From the human T2T-CHM13v2.0 reference genome, Homo sapiens: a stretch of DNA of 64,000 bases. The notes under the pieces are model-generated. The model made no database searches. It was not told where the DNA came from and worked only from the letters and a program-made list of their open reading frames with translations. The stretch lies in assembly GCF_009914755.1 (NCBI RefSeq), contig NC_060929.1, one strand, 5' to 3'. Position numbers and translations under genes: made by a program. Below, piece after piece: positions 1 to 24,848 of this stretch (position 1 is its first letter; each line of letters starts with the position of its first letter).

Positions 1-899
1 AGGTAAACTGAAGAGGATGGAGTCTAACAAATTTCAGATAAGAGGAACATTAAAATGGAAGTTTTCAAATGTTGGGACTTTCTAATAACCTAGATTTCTT
101 AAAAATTTATGAATGCAGTTTCATGTTTCAGATCATGTGATCTGTAAACAGATAGCTTGGTAACTAACAGATAAGACATTGGATACTTCTTTCTGGACCA
201 AACATCTAAAAAATAGGGAAGCAATAGAATTTTTGCTACCTTTAGAGGCCATGTTCCTTAGACAGGTGTTTTCTTCTTTGAATAATAGGGCATTTACCAT
301 CCTTATCTGATGACCCGTAACTCTTAGTATTTATTTAAAAACAGATTTCTATGCAATGCTTAAGTACCATTGAATCAGAATCAACAAGGGAAGTCTGTAG
401 ATCACTTAGCATGCAGTAGATGTCTACTAAATATTAATAAAGTTTCGTTAATTATGTTAAAACTGAAGCAAACAATTCAGTGGAATAAAAATGTCATAGT
501 TTTTAAAAGTTAAACACGTAACTCAAAAATAGAATAAACATGTTTTACAGCTTGTTTTTTTTGTTTTGTCTTGTTTTTTTTTGGTCAGTCTGGCTCTGTC
601 GCCCAGGCTGGAGTACAGTGGCTCAATCTTGGCTTACTACAACCTCCACCTCCCAGGCCCAAACCATCCTCTTGCCCCAGCCTCCTGAGTAGCTGGGACA
701 ACAGGCCTGCACCACCACACCTGGCTAATATTTGTATTTTTTTGATAGAGATCGGATTTTGCCACGTTGACCAGGCTGGTCTCAAACTCCTGGATTCGGG
801 CGATACCCCGACCTGGGCCTCCCAAAGTGCTGGGATTATAGGCATGAGCCACTTTGCCTGGCTTGATTGATTTTTAAAAATTACTTTCCTTGAATTTAA

Positions 900-6230
<5,331 letters not shown>

Positions 6231-6954
6231 TTTGGTTGTAGTTAGAATTCCTTAGCTATTGGTTGATTTTGGGTGTTTTTGATGGTCTTTGTGATTTTAA
6301 AGCTTATTTTAAAGTTTTCTGAAATCATTATAAAGACAGTAAGTTTGTTATTCTGATGAAATCAATTTGAGTAAGTTTTTCTTTGAAAACGTGGCACAAA
6401 TTTGGTAGGGTCAGAAATAAAACATAACAAGAAAGAGAAAAAAGTCTCATCTATTTGTATTTTTTGCCAAAGTGTATTCTTTTTCAGTCTGAAGAATAAT
6501 CTTTTTTTAAAAATTAAAAGTCAGGCATGTGCACTTAAAGATGTACACTTAGGTTTTATTTTTTTCAGAACCAGCTTTCTCCCGGGGAAATTTTTATTCT
6601 TCATGGATGTCGTGAATAAATTGTAAATTGGGTGACAGAGAAAAAAATTAGGGTTTTCATACTAGCAGTATTTGTGTATCTTAAACTCTTTATGTCCACA
6701 TGGGACCTTCAGATATGACAGAATCCAGTAGATTTCTTAAAAAAAATTTTTTTAAGCCAGTCAAATTTAGTATTGGGGGGCCAGTAGAAGATTTCTAATA
6801 AGCTGTGGAATCCTGACTCCTGAGTTGTTAGTAGGACTGTTGATTTGCCTTTTTTGAGGGGGAGGGTAGTTGTCTCCTGTATGTACCTGGTTGTTGTGTA
6901 TGTGTAAAGGAAATATTTAATACATAAACATTTTAGTTGGTCTATTTCTAAAGT

Positions 6955-7341
6955 TGTTTGTAGTTTACTAGGGCTGCCATAACCAAATACCACAGACTGG
7001 GTGGCTTAAACAACAGACATTTATTTTCTCAGTTTTGGAGGTTCTAAGTTCAGGGTAGAGGCATCAGCAGAGGGTTGGTTGCCTCTGAGACCTCTCTCTT
7101 TGGCTTGTAAATGACTGCCTGCTTGCTGCCTCTTCACATGGTCCTTTTATCTGTGCATGTGTCCAAATTTCTTATAAGGGCACAGTCTGATGGGAATAGA
7201 ACCCACTCTAATTGCCTCATTTGCAGTTAATCACTTCTTTAAAGACCTTATCTTCAAATATTGCTACATTTGAGGTATTGGGGGCTATGACTTCAACATA
7301 CAAATCTTGTTGGTTGGGGGGACACAGTTCAACCCATAACA
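6955..7341 (-). mobile_element. MaLR LTR (MLT1A-like)
   Basis: gggctgccataaccaaataccacagactgggtggcttaaacaacag ... gacacagttcaacccataaca. Confidence 0.85.
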
Positions 7342-7522
7342 TACACAGGGAAAGGAAGAAGAGACAAAATCAGATGGCACAATGCAGTTAAGATGAGTGG
7401 TGTGGAACTTGTGAAACTTTAATTAGCCTTTATATACTTGTGTAACTGCCATAGCCATAACAATACTGCCTTTTTTTTTTTTTAAATCTTTTTTCAGAAC
7501 ATGAGTTAACTTCTTTTTTTGA

Positions 7523-7669
<147 letters not shown>

Positions 7670-7855
7670 TAAAATTTTTTGTAGAGACGGGAGTCTTACC
7701 ATGTTGCCAAGGCCGGCCTCAATCTCCTGGGCTCAAGGGAGCCTCCCACTTCACTTCCCAGAGTGCTGGGATTACAGGTGTGAGCCTCCACACCAGGCCC
7801 ATACTTTAAGAACTAGATTTAAATTAAAGTTAATATAAAGACATTGCAGAAATGA

Positions 7856-8120
<265 letters not shown>

Positions 8121-8249
8121 TGATCTGCCCACCTCGGCCTCCCAAAGTGCTGGGATTACAGGCGTGAGCCGTCGTGCTCGGCCATTACGTAACTTTTTAC
8201 CATTTTGTATGATATGCCTTTTTGAAAATTTGTTACCAATTTTAATTAA

Positions 8250-8372
<123 letters not shown>

Positions 8373-8894
8373 TGAGAAGCTGGGATTACAGGTGCCCACC
8401 ACCGTGCCCTGCTAATTTTTGTATTTTTATGGGGTTTCACCATTTTGGCCAGGCCGATCTCGAACTCCTGACCTTGTGATCCACCCACCCCAGCCTCCCA
8501 AAGTGTTGGGATTATACATGATTCCAGCCCATTTTTGGTTAAGTTCTCTGAAGTTTCTGGCCAGGAAGTTGTTGGAAAAGTGTGTAAATACTAAATACTA
8601 AATACTAAAATACTAAAGCACCGTTTAGTATTTAACTTCATGTTAAAAGATGAAAATCTTTTATAAATTTTCAGACACCTTAGTTTTCATTGTTACTCCA
8701 CAAGACTTTGACATTTAATGCCAATAGAAATAAATAGGACTCTGAATACCTGAATTTTTGTGATGTGCAGTATATTTTGGTTAGACATAGTCTTAAAACC
8801 TGTATTTTGTTTCATGAGTGTTTTATTGGAATTCCTCTTAAGGTTTTCAAGTTGTATCAGAGTTTTTCTCCCTAAGCCCATATTGAGCATTTAA

Positions 8895-9203
<309 letters not shown>

Positions 9204-9354
9204 TAAACTCCTGACCTCAAGTGATCCACCTGTCTGCCTCAGCCCCCTCCCTCAAAGTGATGGGATTATACGCGTGAGCCACAATGCCGGGACCATTCCC
9301 TGGTTTATTTTAGAACAGTCCAGATGTATCATCAATTTAGTTGTAAAGATTTGA

Positions 9355-9504
<150 letters not shown>

Positions 9505-10394
9505 TAGGCACCCACCACCATGCCCAGCTAATTTTTTATTTTAGTAGAGATGGGGTTTCACCATGTTGGCTAGGCTGGTCTCGAACTCCTGACTTCAGGT
9601 GATCTGCCCTCCTCGGCCTCCCAAAGTGCTGGGATGACAGGCATGAGCCACTGCACTTGGCCGGTGTCTTCCTTCTAAAACATCATAACCACCACACCAT
9701 TATCACATCTAAAGTGATTATTCCTTAGTGCCATTTAATAATATCCAGCTTATGTTCAAAGTTCTGATTGTTTCATAATTTTCTTTTTTTTTTTTTAAGA
9801 TTGATTTGTTCACATAAAGGATTCTTAGTTCATCTGCCCATTAAAAGCCACTATTTGTCGTAGAAACCAGTTCATTTAACCTTTAGATTATCACTTCCCC
9901 CAGATGTCCTTTAACTTGTTCTCCATCTTGAATGTACTGCTAATTGGTAGTTAAATCAGATTTCAAATTTTATTTTAGGTGGGCACAAGACTACATCATA
10001 GATGGTACTCTGTATTTCATTTTGGGTTATATCAGGAAACATTTGATGTCTAGTTGTCTATTTGACTTTTTAATAAAAGCTATACTGAGGTATACTTTAT
10101 GAAAAAACCAGTTTTAAGTTTATAATTTGAGGTTTGACAAATGTGTACAGTTGTAATAACCACCGCAATCAAGATAATACTCAGTTACCCAGAAAATTCC
10201 CTCTTCTTTCTTGCAGTCATCCCCCTTCCAAGTTGATCTATTTTCTATCTCTATAGTTTTGTCTTTTCTAGATTTTCATTATAAATAGAATCCTATAGTA
10301 GTAAGTAGTAAGATCATTGTAATATAAAGGCGCTAATTTTTGGCCAGGAGCTGCAGGTCTAATTCCTTCCATTTTTATGTGACAGGGACTTGCC

Positions 10395-10406
10395 ATGAGG
10401 TGTTGA
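10395..10406 (+). promoter_or_regulatory. uORF (Met-Arg-Cys-stop) in the 5'UTR
   Basis: gccATGAGGTGTTGA, starting 48 nt upstream of the main ATG. Confidence 0.7.
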
Positions 10407-10442
10407 AGCCTTGTTTCACTGAGTTGGAGAGACTGGACCTAA

Positions 10443-10505
10443 ATGGCGCAGCATGACTTTGCTCCAGCCTGGCTTAATTTCCCTACTCCACCATCATCAA
10501 CAAAG
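10443..10505 (+). CDS. GPBP1: GPBP1 coding exon 1 ([21 protein letters not shown]); exon spans 10386-10505
   Basis: Acceptor gacag at 10384-85, ATG 10443, donor AAG|gtact at 10506, phase 0. Confidence 0.95.
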
Positions 10506-10616
10506 GTACTCTTTCTGCATCTTTCTTTCTGTCTGCTTCTCTTGCATTCATTTTTTACACAAATGTAATTAAGTCATGGAGGAGTAATAATATCTTTGCA
10601 GAGAAGTACATTTGTG

Positions 10617-11275
<659 letters not shown>

Positions 11276-11944
11276 TTCTATTAGTTAACAAGTCAGTTTT
11301 TATTACACCATCAGCGTACACTAAGCCATTTATTTCAAAGTTGTCTTTTGTAGTAATCAGAGTTTCACAAATTTTAATTCTTACCAGTCATATACTTTGA
11401 ACAGAGCATCTTACCTTTTTCTATACTGTTTTTTACTCTTACATGGATTGACTTGTTAATGATATCCACCATACATGATGTACTTCAGTTTGCAGAGTGC
11501 TTTGCTGAACATTATCTAATTTGTTCATAATTCCATGAATGTGGTGATTTAGAATTATTCTTAGTCCCTGCTGTACTCATTTTAAATATTGATCTCCTTT
11601 ATGAGGGAAAGTAAAATGATTGAGGTGCAGAGTAAAGGGTTTGTGCACAGTCACTTTGGGATGAGGGTGATTTATCTGAGTTTTCTGTGTCTTTCCCCAT
11701 CTTTCTGTAAAGCTGTTTGCCTCATTTGATATCAAACCCATCCGTTAGGCTCCATTAATTCCCAGCTGATTGCTCTATTGTTTTCATTAATGCCTGAAGG
11801 GCCTAAATTTGATCCATGCTCTGATCCAATTTAGTTATGGCAGGTGTAGTTTTGAGGCCCAGTCTCCTGAGGTTGGTTCTGACCCTAGTAGGGCTCTCCT
11901 TACGTATCTCTTTCTCAGGTTCATTCAGAACTAGCTGGCCTGTG

Positions 11945-12367
11945 ATTCAGCTTATTGCTCTTCATGCAGAGGAGCTACTTATTTTCTTACTACCAGTATC
12001 TCCATTGTTTCTGAGAGGGCTGTTAGTGTTTGAATAAAGTTAGTTCCTTTGAGAGACTGCTTCTTACCCTTGGCAAAATCTTTGAGTCATTACTCCACGT
12101 GCTAGGTGGAGCAATAGCCTGAATCTTCTAAGTTTTTCCAGTGTGAAACTACTTATTGCTTATTCAGCTTATTGCTCTTCATGGAGAGGAGCCTCTTATT
12201 TTCTTACTACCAGTATCTCCATTGTTTCTGAGAGGGCTGTTAGTGTTTGAATAAAGTTATTTCCTTTGAGAGACTGCTTCTTACCCTTGGCAAAATCTTT
12301 GAGTCATTACTCCACGCGCTAGGTGGAGCAATAGCCTGAATCTGAGTTTTTCCAGTGTGAAACTACT
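11945..12367. repeat. Tandem duplication, ~209-bp unit x2
   Basis: 11945-12153 and 12162-12367 are near-identical, with an 8-nt junction insert. Confidence 0.97.
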
Positions 12368-12735
12368 GCCCTATTAGATAGCTGGAGCAAGAGCAATTAG
12401 GGCCTCAGTGTTCTTGGGCTGATGAACCTGGGGTAGAGCCTTCATTCTGTGAGTGGGGGTTGGGTGGAATAAAGGAGCTCCAGAGTTCTCGACTGTAGTT
12501 ACCAGAAATTTAACTTCTTCAGTTGGAATTGGAGAGGGTGAGAAATGTTGGCAGTCTGCCTCTCCCAGTAAGGTGTACCCCCCTTGTTTAGAAGATGAGA
12601 GAGGGGAAGAAACCTGTCTTCTTGATTACAGCTGCCCAGATTGGATGTGGGGAGGGTAGCTGGTTGTAGCTCAAGTGCTGCAGACTCTTGCAATTGAGTT
12701 TTAGTCTGAACAAGTACAACTGGGGAAAACGATTA

Positions 12736-12840
<105 letters not shown>

Positions 12841-13761
12841 CTAGCTAACATGGCCCAAACCCCGTCTCTACTAAAAATACAAAAATTAGCTAGGTGCGGT
12901 GGCATGAGAATCACTTGAACCCGGGAGGTAGAGGTTGCAGGGAGCCGAGATCGTGCCACTGCAGTCCAGCCTGGGTGAAGGAGTGAGACTCTGTCTCAAA
13001 AACAAAACAAAACAAAAAACGCTAAAAGTCTGAAAATTATTCTAAGGGCACATAGCAAATGAAGAAACATTTATTTAAGAAAATCTGAAAACTTCGTGTT
13101 TCTGTACTATTCTTCTGATAACCTGCTTTACTTTCTCCTTATGAACATTTTTTCAAAGCCTTTTCATATATCTGGAACGCTTTTTTTTTTCATATAAATA
13201 AGACTCGAATGGCTCATGACTACAATTTCAGGAATGTGAATTTTGCAATATCGTTATATATTAGGACTCACTAAGGAATGTTGATTTAACTTATATAAAT
13301 AAAAATAGAATAGTTTTTTACAGGTACATTTACAGACATTCAAGGAGAGTGCAAATTATTAAAATTGTCTATTTTTAAGATGTGCTAAGAATAAATTTTT
13401 GAAGCAGATGCTAGAAATGGACTTTTTTGATAGATTATATGCCACTAGTGATTTCTTTAATAGTCTGCAAAGTGGAAAATAGCGGCATATTCTGATAAAA
13501 AGTTGTAATACAATTTTTTTGGTCAAGTTATTTTGTTAGGGGAGCTTTTTGATGGGCCTTCCCTCCAGCATGATCTAGTGTGTAAACATAAAACAACTAC
13601 TGCCTGGGTGCGGTGGCTCACGCCTATAATCCCAGCACTTTGGGAGGCCGAGGCGGGCGGATCACCTGAGGTCAGGAGTTTGAGACCAGCCTGACCAACA
13701 TGGAGAAACCCCGTCTCTACTAAAAATACAAAATTATCCCGGTGTGGTGGTGCATACCTTA

Positions 13762-13926
<165 letters not shown>

Positions 13927-14365
13927 TCAAAGATCTACCTGTAACTGTCTAGATATTTGCCTCTAAATAATGAGACAATGCGAATGCAAAGAGCCAGTAT
14001 GATTAAGAATATGACCATTTTCAGAAAAAGCATATTGACTCTCTTGGGTCAGATATGGTGGCTCACACCTATAATCCCAGTACTATGGGAGGCTGAGGCT
14101 GGAGAATCTCTTGAGGCCAGGAGTTTGAGAACAGCCTGGGCAACATGGTGAAACCCTGCCTCTCTACAAAAGTAAATTAAATAAATGAAAATTTTCACAC
14201 AGATTAAGAGTTTATTTAAAAATATCTTTCTCATAAATACTAGTTAATTTCTTTTCACTTATGAAATTTTTTATAGTAATTTATACTTTTGGTTCAGGCA
14301 AGCTGTGTTCATTTTGATTTAAAGTAATTCCTATAGGTGTTTTGACTTTTCTAGACTATAAGACC

Positions 14366-14995
14366 TGTGTAAAAGAAAAAAAAACAAAAAAACCCCACTT
14401 TTTTTCCTCTCTACTCTCAACACAGAACACTTCTATAACCACATAATTTGGATTCTCCCCCTCAAAGCAGTTCTCCAGCAGACACTACCTGGGTATCCTA
14501 TAATTCATTTCAGTTCTGACACTGTCTGCTTGGGATAGGGTCAGATCCCACAGGTTAAATGTTCAGTCCCACAAGACTGCTTTCACTTCAGATGCCAATA
14601 GCCAGTCCCAGTCACCAGTACTCCTCACTGGTTACAAACCAGGATTTCTGCAACCACCCCCATTGGGTCTGAACAATTTGTTGGGATGGCTCAAAGAATT
14701 CAGGGAAACACATTTGCTGATTTTATTATAAAGGATACAGGTGAATAGATTGATAATGGTGAGGTATTAGGTGAGGGGAGGTGGTGTGGTGTGTGGAGCT
14801 TCCATGCCCTGTCTGGGTGTACTACCCTCCCAGCACTTTCATGTGTTCAGCAATTGGTCTATGGGTGGTGGGGCTGAAAGTTCATACCCTCTAATCACTT
14901 GATTTTTCCTGTTACTGGCCCTGTGCTGAGACTGTTGGGGGCCCCAGTCTAAGTGACTATTAACATAAACTTGAGTTATCACAGGGACTTGATAA
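14366..14995. mobile_element. MER21-type LTR
   Basis: cagttctgacact...gtcagatcccacaggttaa...cagtcccacaagactgc...cacttcagatgccaat matches the recalled MER21 core. Confidence 0.75.
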
Positions 14996-15445
14996 CTTGA
15001 TTTCACCTCAAGTGATCCGCCTGCCTCTACCTCCCAGTGTGCTGGGATAACAGGCGTGAGCCACCACGCTCGAGCCAGAATCAATTTTATAATTTGGCAT
15101 TTTGTTCTCCCATAAGGACTTACCAGGTCCTAATAAATTTTGGCCATATGTGTTGAAAAAGATACACTTAAGTTATAAAATTCTCCTATAGAATATAATT
15201 TTAGGGTTTGAAGATGGATCTTAGTGATCATCTAAACCTTATACAGATTTTGGAAGGTTAACTGAATTGTTTTCACATAGCTGATTAGTGTGAGCCTAGA
15301 TTAGAATCCAGGATGCATCTCCTATTCTGTGATCTTTCCATAGGACTCATTTTGGAATTCTGTAAAATGAGTAAAAATTCATAGACTGTAAAAAAGGGAT
15401 TTGAGGCCGGGCGTGGTGACTCACGTCTGTAATCCCAGCACTTTA

Positions 15446-15827
<382 letters not shown>

Positions 15828-16251
15828 TTAAGCCACTGAAATCAATTCTTGTTATTGACTTTTGCCACCTTCTCATTCGTGTGTGGGTCCCTGGAATTCC
15901 CCTGTACCGAGCTGCTCTTGTTTGTCTTTTAAGTCAGCATTTTCCCCAGTCCTGCCTGGATGCATATGGGTTTCCTGCTTTCCTCTTTTGTCATTTTCTC
16001 TGAAATAAATGTAAGACTTCTTGTAATTTTTAAGTGATTTCATAGCTAACATAAAGCACAGTAATAAAAATTAGCATCTGGGCCGGGTGCGGTGGCTCAT
16101 GCCTGTAATCCCAGCACTTTGGGAGGCCGAAGCAGGGGGATCACCTGAGGTTGGGAGTTCGAGACCAGCTGGACCAACGTGGAAAAACCCTGTCTCTACT
16201 AAAAGTACAAAACTAGCTGGGCTTGGTGGCGCGTGCCTGTAATCCTAGCTA

Positions 16252-16359
<108 letters not shown>

Positions 16360-16760
16360 TCAAAAAAAAAAAAAAAATCTGGAAAGATACACAAAACATT
16401 AAAAAAAGCTTGTAAATACTTGTCTTCATTTAAATGTTAACTTGAAGTTAAGATTGGTAATTTAAAAAATTAAAAAAAAAATAGAGACAGGGTCTCACTA
16501 TCTTGCCCAGGCTGGTCTTGAACTACTGAGCTCAGGAGATGCTTCTGCCTTGGCCTCCCAAAGTGTGATTACAGATGTGAGCCATTGAGCCTGGCTGATA
16601 ATTGTTAACGTGCGTTGAAATTCTCAATGCTTTTTGGACCTGACTCTTGATTAATTTATATAGGCCCTCATAATGATGATGATTTTACTCTTAGAATTTG
16701 GAACACCAGTTCTAAATTCTGAATTCTTCTAATTAAAAATTAGCTTTAGAAAATAGTTGA

Positions 16761-16892
<132 letters not shown>

Positions 16893-17682
16893 TGAGTAGT
16901 TGGGATTACAGGTTCCTGCTATCACACCCAGCTGATTTTTGTATTTTTAGTAGAGATGGGGTTTCATCATATTGTCCAGGCTGGTCTTGAACTCCTGACC
17001 TCAGGTGATCAACCTGACTCGGCCTCTCATAGTGCTAGGATTACAGGCACGAGCCACTGCACCCCGCCCAATTTGAACTCTTAACTAGCAGTATTTGAGA
17101 TTTGTTTCTTTGCCCAAAGTGGTTTTGACAAACACAATACTTTCTAGTGATACTTTTATTGTACCTTTTCTGTCTTATTCTTTCTCAGAATCATCATTTA
17201 TGAATTCTATTTGTAATTAACCTCGTTTTCTGCCATAGACTTTTGTTTACCCACATCGTTTCTCTTTTTAATATTGTTCTGAGTAATTGGAACAGACATT
17301 AATTAGTATTGCATTCTCTACTTAAACGGCAGTATTTATTTTTTGTTTGAAAAGATGACATGAAGATTTGAATTAAGGGTAAAAATGTTTTCAGAACTGT
17401 ATGGCAGTAGTTTTGAGATGTGTAGAACTTTAGCCCCATCATGTGGTAAAAATTTAAACTGCATGTGGCTGAGTATAAATCTCTTATTTAGGGCAGTGAC
17501 TTTTAAACTGTTGATTGTGACCTGTAGTGAGAAGGATATTTTACACAGTCTTTTCATTTTCATGTATATGTAACAAATTTTATATACCTGTGGCGCACTA
17601 GTTTTTTCTTTTGTGATTTTCTAGTTTTTTTAAATTCCATTAAATAATGCCAATTGTGACTGATCTTATCATTTGTTAATAG

Positions 17683-17703
17683 GTCCTGACCAGCAGTTTG
17701 AAA
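17683..17703 (+). CDS. GPBP1: Alternative 21-nt microexon (VLTSSLK)
   Basis: Branch-like gactgat, atttgttaatag|GTCCTGACCAGCAGTTTGAAA|gtaagt. Phase 0/0 with no stop; inclusion would give 480 aa. Confidence 0.75.
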
Positions 17704-19719
17704 GTAAGTATTACTGAAAGAATATTGAACAGATACTGAAAAATTTAGATAACTAGCAAATTCCATTTGTTATGCTAGGAAGGATGACAAAATAATCCCT
17801 GTAAACAGGATGCTGTATCTTCATAATTGTTTGATGAAAGATTTCGGGGTTGTGGTATTAAAAGGGTAGATGAATGGTATAAAATAGAAAGTTGGAGATT
17901 TTTTTTCTTTTTAAACAAAAAATGTGGTGGAACTTTACTATGATGAATACATTTTCATGTTTGTATTCAATAATCTGTAGTTTTCTCTGTAGTGTATAAT
18001 AGTAGCATTTTTTGATTCTTTTATGGCAGTGTTAAAAAGATTAGTATTACTGTACCAAAACTTTCCTTTGACAATGTAAGCAGTGTCAGCTTGCGATGAA
18101 AATGTAGGCTATTTATACTTTTAGGCTAAAAGGATCAGAAAATTCAGCCAGACTGCTAGTCGAGTTCATTGAAACTTTTAATTTGATTTTTGCTGTTCTG
18201 AAGGTACATAGCCAGATTTCATTGAAACTTCTGTGGAGAAGGTTTACTGTGTAGATTTTTTGGTTTATTGTTTATTTAGGTATTCTGGGCTTTAGAGAAA
18301 ATTTTAAATGAAACTTTTTTTTTCAACTTTAGTTTTGTTTTTTTGTTTTGTTTTTTTTGTTTGTTTGTAGAGACAGGGTCTCACTATGTTGCCCAGGCTG
18401 GTCTTGAAATCAGTGCTGGGATTATAGGCTTGAGACACTGTACCTGGCCTTAAAACTATTTTTAAAAACAGTCCAGAAAGAAAGGCAGTGTAAGAGGGAA
18501 TGGATGGAGATGGTCTCTGCCTTACTTGTTGTAATAAAACACTTATATTAAGGTAACAAAAATCTTAAGATGGTAGACACTCTTATCTCCCCCTGCCCCA
18601 CCATTTACAGATGAGGGAACTCAGCTTGAGAGATTAATTTGCTGAGACATACTAGAGCTGGAATAGGAAGCCATATGTATCAGACTTTAAAATTCATCAG
18701 TTTAATAAGTTTTTTTTCTTGATTATTAGGATAGTAGACTAGGTTTCAGAAGTGAAATGCTAAGTTACTTTTATGCATACACCAGAATATATTTTTATTG
18801 CAGTTTGGAGAAACATGAAATAACTGTTTTTTCCCTTTTTTTCAAGGATACCATCTCTAGTATCTTTCTATAGTCAGTCATAGGAAATTCATCTCTTTTT
18901 AGTGGCTGTGTAAACTTTTGTTGAGTGGATCTATGTGGATTATGTAATTAATTACCTATTAATGGACTAAACTGTAGAAATACCTGGGCATTTCTTTGAT
19001 AATGGTAAGGTAAATTTCTAGCAGTAGAATTGCTGAATCAGAAGGTTTGTACATTTTGGTAGATAATGCCTAACTGCTCTCCAAAATGTTCGTATCTACT
19101 TATAATCCCATTACAGTTTTATGGGGAGGGGGGCAGGTTTTCAGTCTTGGCGACACTGGATGTTTTCATTTTTACGTTTTTGTGAAATTAGATGAAAAGA
19201 TGGTATTTCGTTTTGATTTGCATCACTTAATGACGATGGAGCATATTTTTGTGTTAGAAATTTTATCTCAGAATTGCTTATGTAGTGTATTTCTTAGTGA
19301 TTTATAGCTCCTTTCATATTGGGTTATGTTTGACTATATTTTTTATTAAAATTTTTTTTTTCATATGGCGCCCCAGAACTGAGCAGATGCCATTTATATT
19401 GCAAATGTTTTTCTACAGCTTGATATTTTAAAAAATGTCCTTAATTTTTTTTCCCTCTTAGAGACAGGGTCTCACTGTGTTACCCAGGCTGGTCTTGAAC
19501 TCCTGGCCTCGGCTTCCTGAGTAGCCGGGACTACACGCGTGTGCCACCACGCCCAGCTAATTTTTGTATTTTTAGTAGAGACAGGTTTCACTGTGTTAGC
19601 CAGGATGGTCTTGATCTCCTGACCCCTTGGTCCTCCTACCTCAGCCTCCCAAAGTGCTGGGATTACAAGTATGAGCCACCGTGCCCGGCCTCTATAACTG
19701 TTTTCTTTATACTCTTTCC

Positions 19720-22820
<3,101 letters not shown>

Positions 22821-24150
22821 TGAGAGAGGCAATTCATCCTGGGCTCTGAGCATTTTTGCTTTTTTTTTTTTTTTTTTTTTTTGAGATTGAGTCTTGCTCT
22901 GTCACTCAGGCTGGAGTGCAGTGGCGCGATCTCAGCTCACTGCAGCCTCCGCCTGCTGGGTTCAGGCAGTTCTCATACTTCAAGTCACTGGGATTACAGG
23001 TGTGCGCCACCAAGCCTGGCTAATTTTTGTATTCTTTTTTTTTTTTTTTTTTTGAGACAGAATTTCGCTCTATTGCCCAGGCTAGAGTGCAGTGGTGCGA
23101 TCTCTGCTCACTGCAAGCTCCGCCTCCTGAGTTCATGCCATTCTCCTGCCTCAGTCTCCCAAGTAGCTGGGACTGCAGGTGCCCGCCACCGCGCCTGACT
23201 AATTTTTTGTATTTTTAGTAGAGACGGGGTTTCACCATGTTAGCCAGGATGATCTCGATCTCCTGACCTCGTGATCCTCCTGCCTTGGCCTCCCAAAGTG
23301 CTAGGATTACAGGCGTGAGCCACCGTGCCCGGCCTGTATTCTTTTGAAATTATTTTTTAACTTTTGGAGGTGGAGTCTCGCTCTGTTGCTCAGGCTGGAG
23401 TGCAGTGGTGCAATCTTGGCTGACCGCAACCTCCACCTCCCAGGTTCAAGCAGTTCTCCTACCTCAGCCTCCTGAATAGCTGGGATTACAGGCACCCACC
23501 ACCATACCCAGCTAATTTTTGTACTTTTAGTGAATTTAGTGTATTTAGTGAGCCGTTTCACCATTTTGGCCAGGCTCGTCTCAAACTCCTGACCTCAGGT
23601 GATCTGCCCACCTCACCCTCCCAGAGTACTGGGATTACAGGCATGAGCCACCACACCTGGCCTAATTTTTGTAGAGATGGAGTTTCACTGTATTGACCAG
23701 GCTAGTCTCAAGCTCCTGACCTCAAGTGATCCACCTGCCTCAGCCTCCCAAATTGCCGGGATTATGGCCATGAGACACTGCACCCAGTCCCCTACACGTT
23801 CTTGCTTGTATGCCAAGAATGCAAAATCTTGACTACACTTTGCATGGGCCGTTTCTTGGTTGTTTGCAGTAAGCAACATTGAGGGACAAAGACCAAGCTC
23901 TTTATATATGTGGTTGATTTGCCAAACTCAGTGCAAGGGCAGCATCCACCTGGGCCCCTCCCTGTCAATCCCCAAAGGTCTTAGGGGGCTGTACAGAACC
24001 AGTGCCAACATCACGCTTATGCTGCTTGCTGTACCATGAGTAATAAAGTCTTTGTCTCATGTCTTTTGCCAGCATCCATGAAACAGTATCCAGGCTAGCT
24101 TGTTAGCTTGCACAGATGGTAACATCCCAGACTCTTGAAAGACTCTGACA
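22821..24150 (+). mobile_element. 3' LTR (LTR40/LTR52-like), interrupted by antisense Alus at 22860-23790
   Basis: Purine-rich tract then tgagagaggcaattc...; gtaataaagtc...gccagcatccatgaaac...cttgttagcttgca...tgaca end. Confidence 0.7.
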
Positions 24151-24533
24151 TATAGCCAGCATAGTAAAATATGAGTAAGAAATAACAGGTAACAGGACTA
24201 AAGGGCAAGATAGAAAACTGGTATTATTTATGAACAGTAACTGTCCGTATAAAAAAATCCCAACAGACATGCTACAAAGTATGAATTAAGGTTACTAGAA
24301 ATAAAGTTGCTAGATAAAAGACTAATACAAGATAGAATTGTAAGTGCAACAAAGACTTAAGGCTTTAAAAAATATTTAAAATAGTAACAAGTACCCTGTT
24401 TAATTACTTCTTTATATGTTTAAATACTTCATTAAAACCACCTATATAGTCTTTTTAGAATATCAAAGCTAGCTGGGCGTGGTGGCTTACACGTGTAATC
24501 TCAGCACTTTGAGAGCCCAAGACGGGCAGATCA

Positions 24534-24848
<315 letters not shown>

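Noticed and set aside
11945-12367. Direct repeats as a CRISPR-like array or LTR pair
   Set aside because: Only two adjacent copies, with no spacers or internal domain; the context is a eukaryotic intron.
13957-14151. [15 protein letters not shown]... as an alternative N-terminus
   Set aside because: It runs into a FLAM and has no convincing donor or promoter evidence.
17355-17378. Possible 24-nt exon (aaag|ATGACATGA...AAGG|gtaaaa)
   Set aside because: Both splice sites are weak and there is an immediate stop; not distinguishable from chance.
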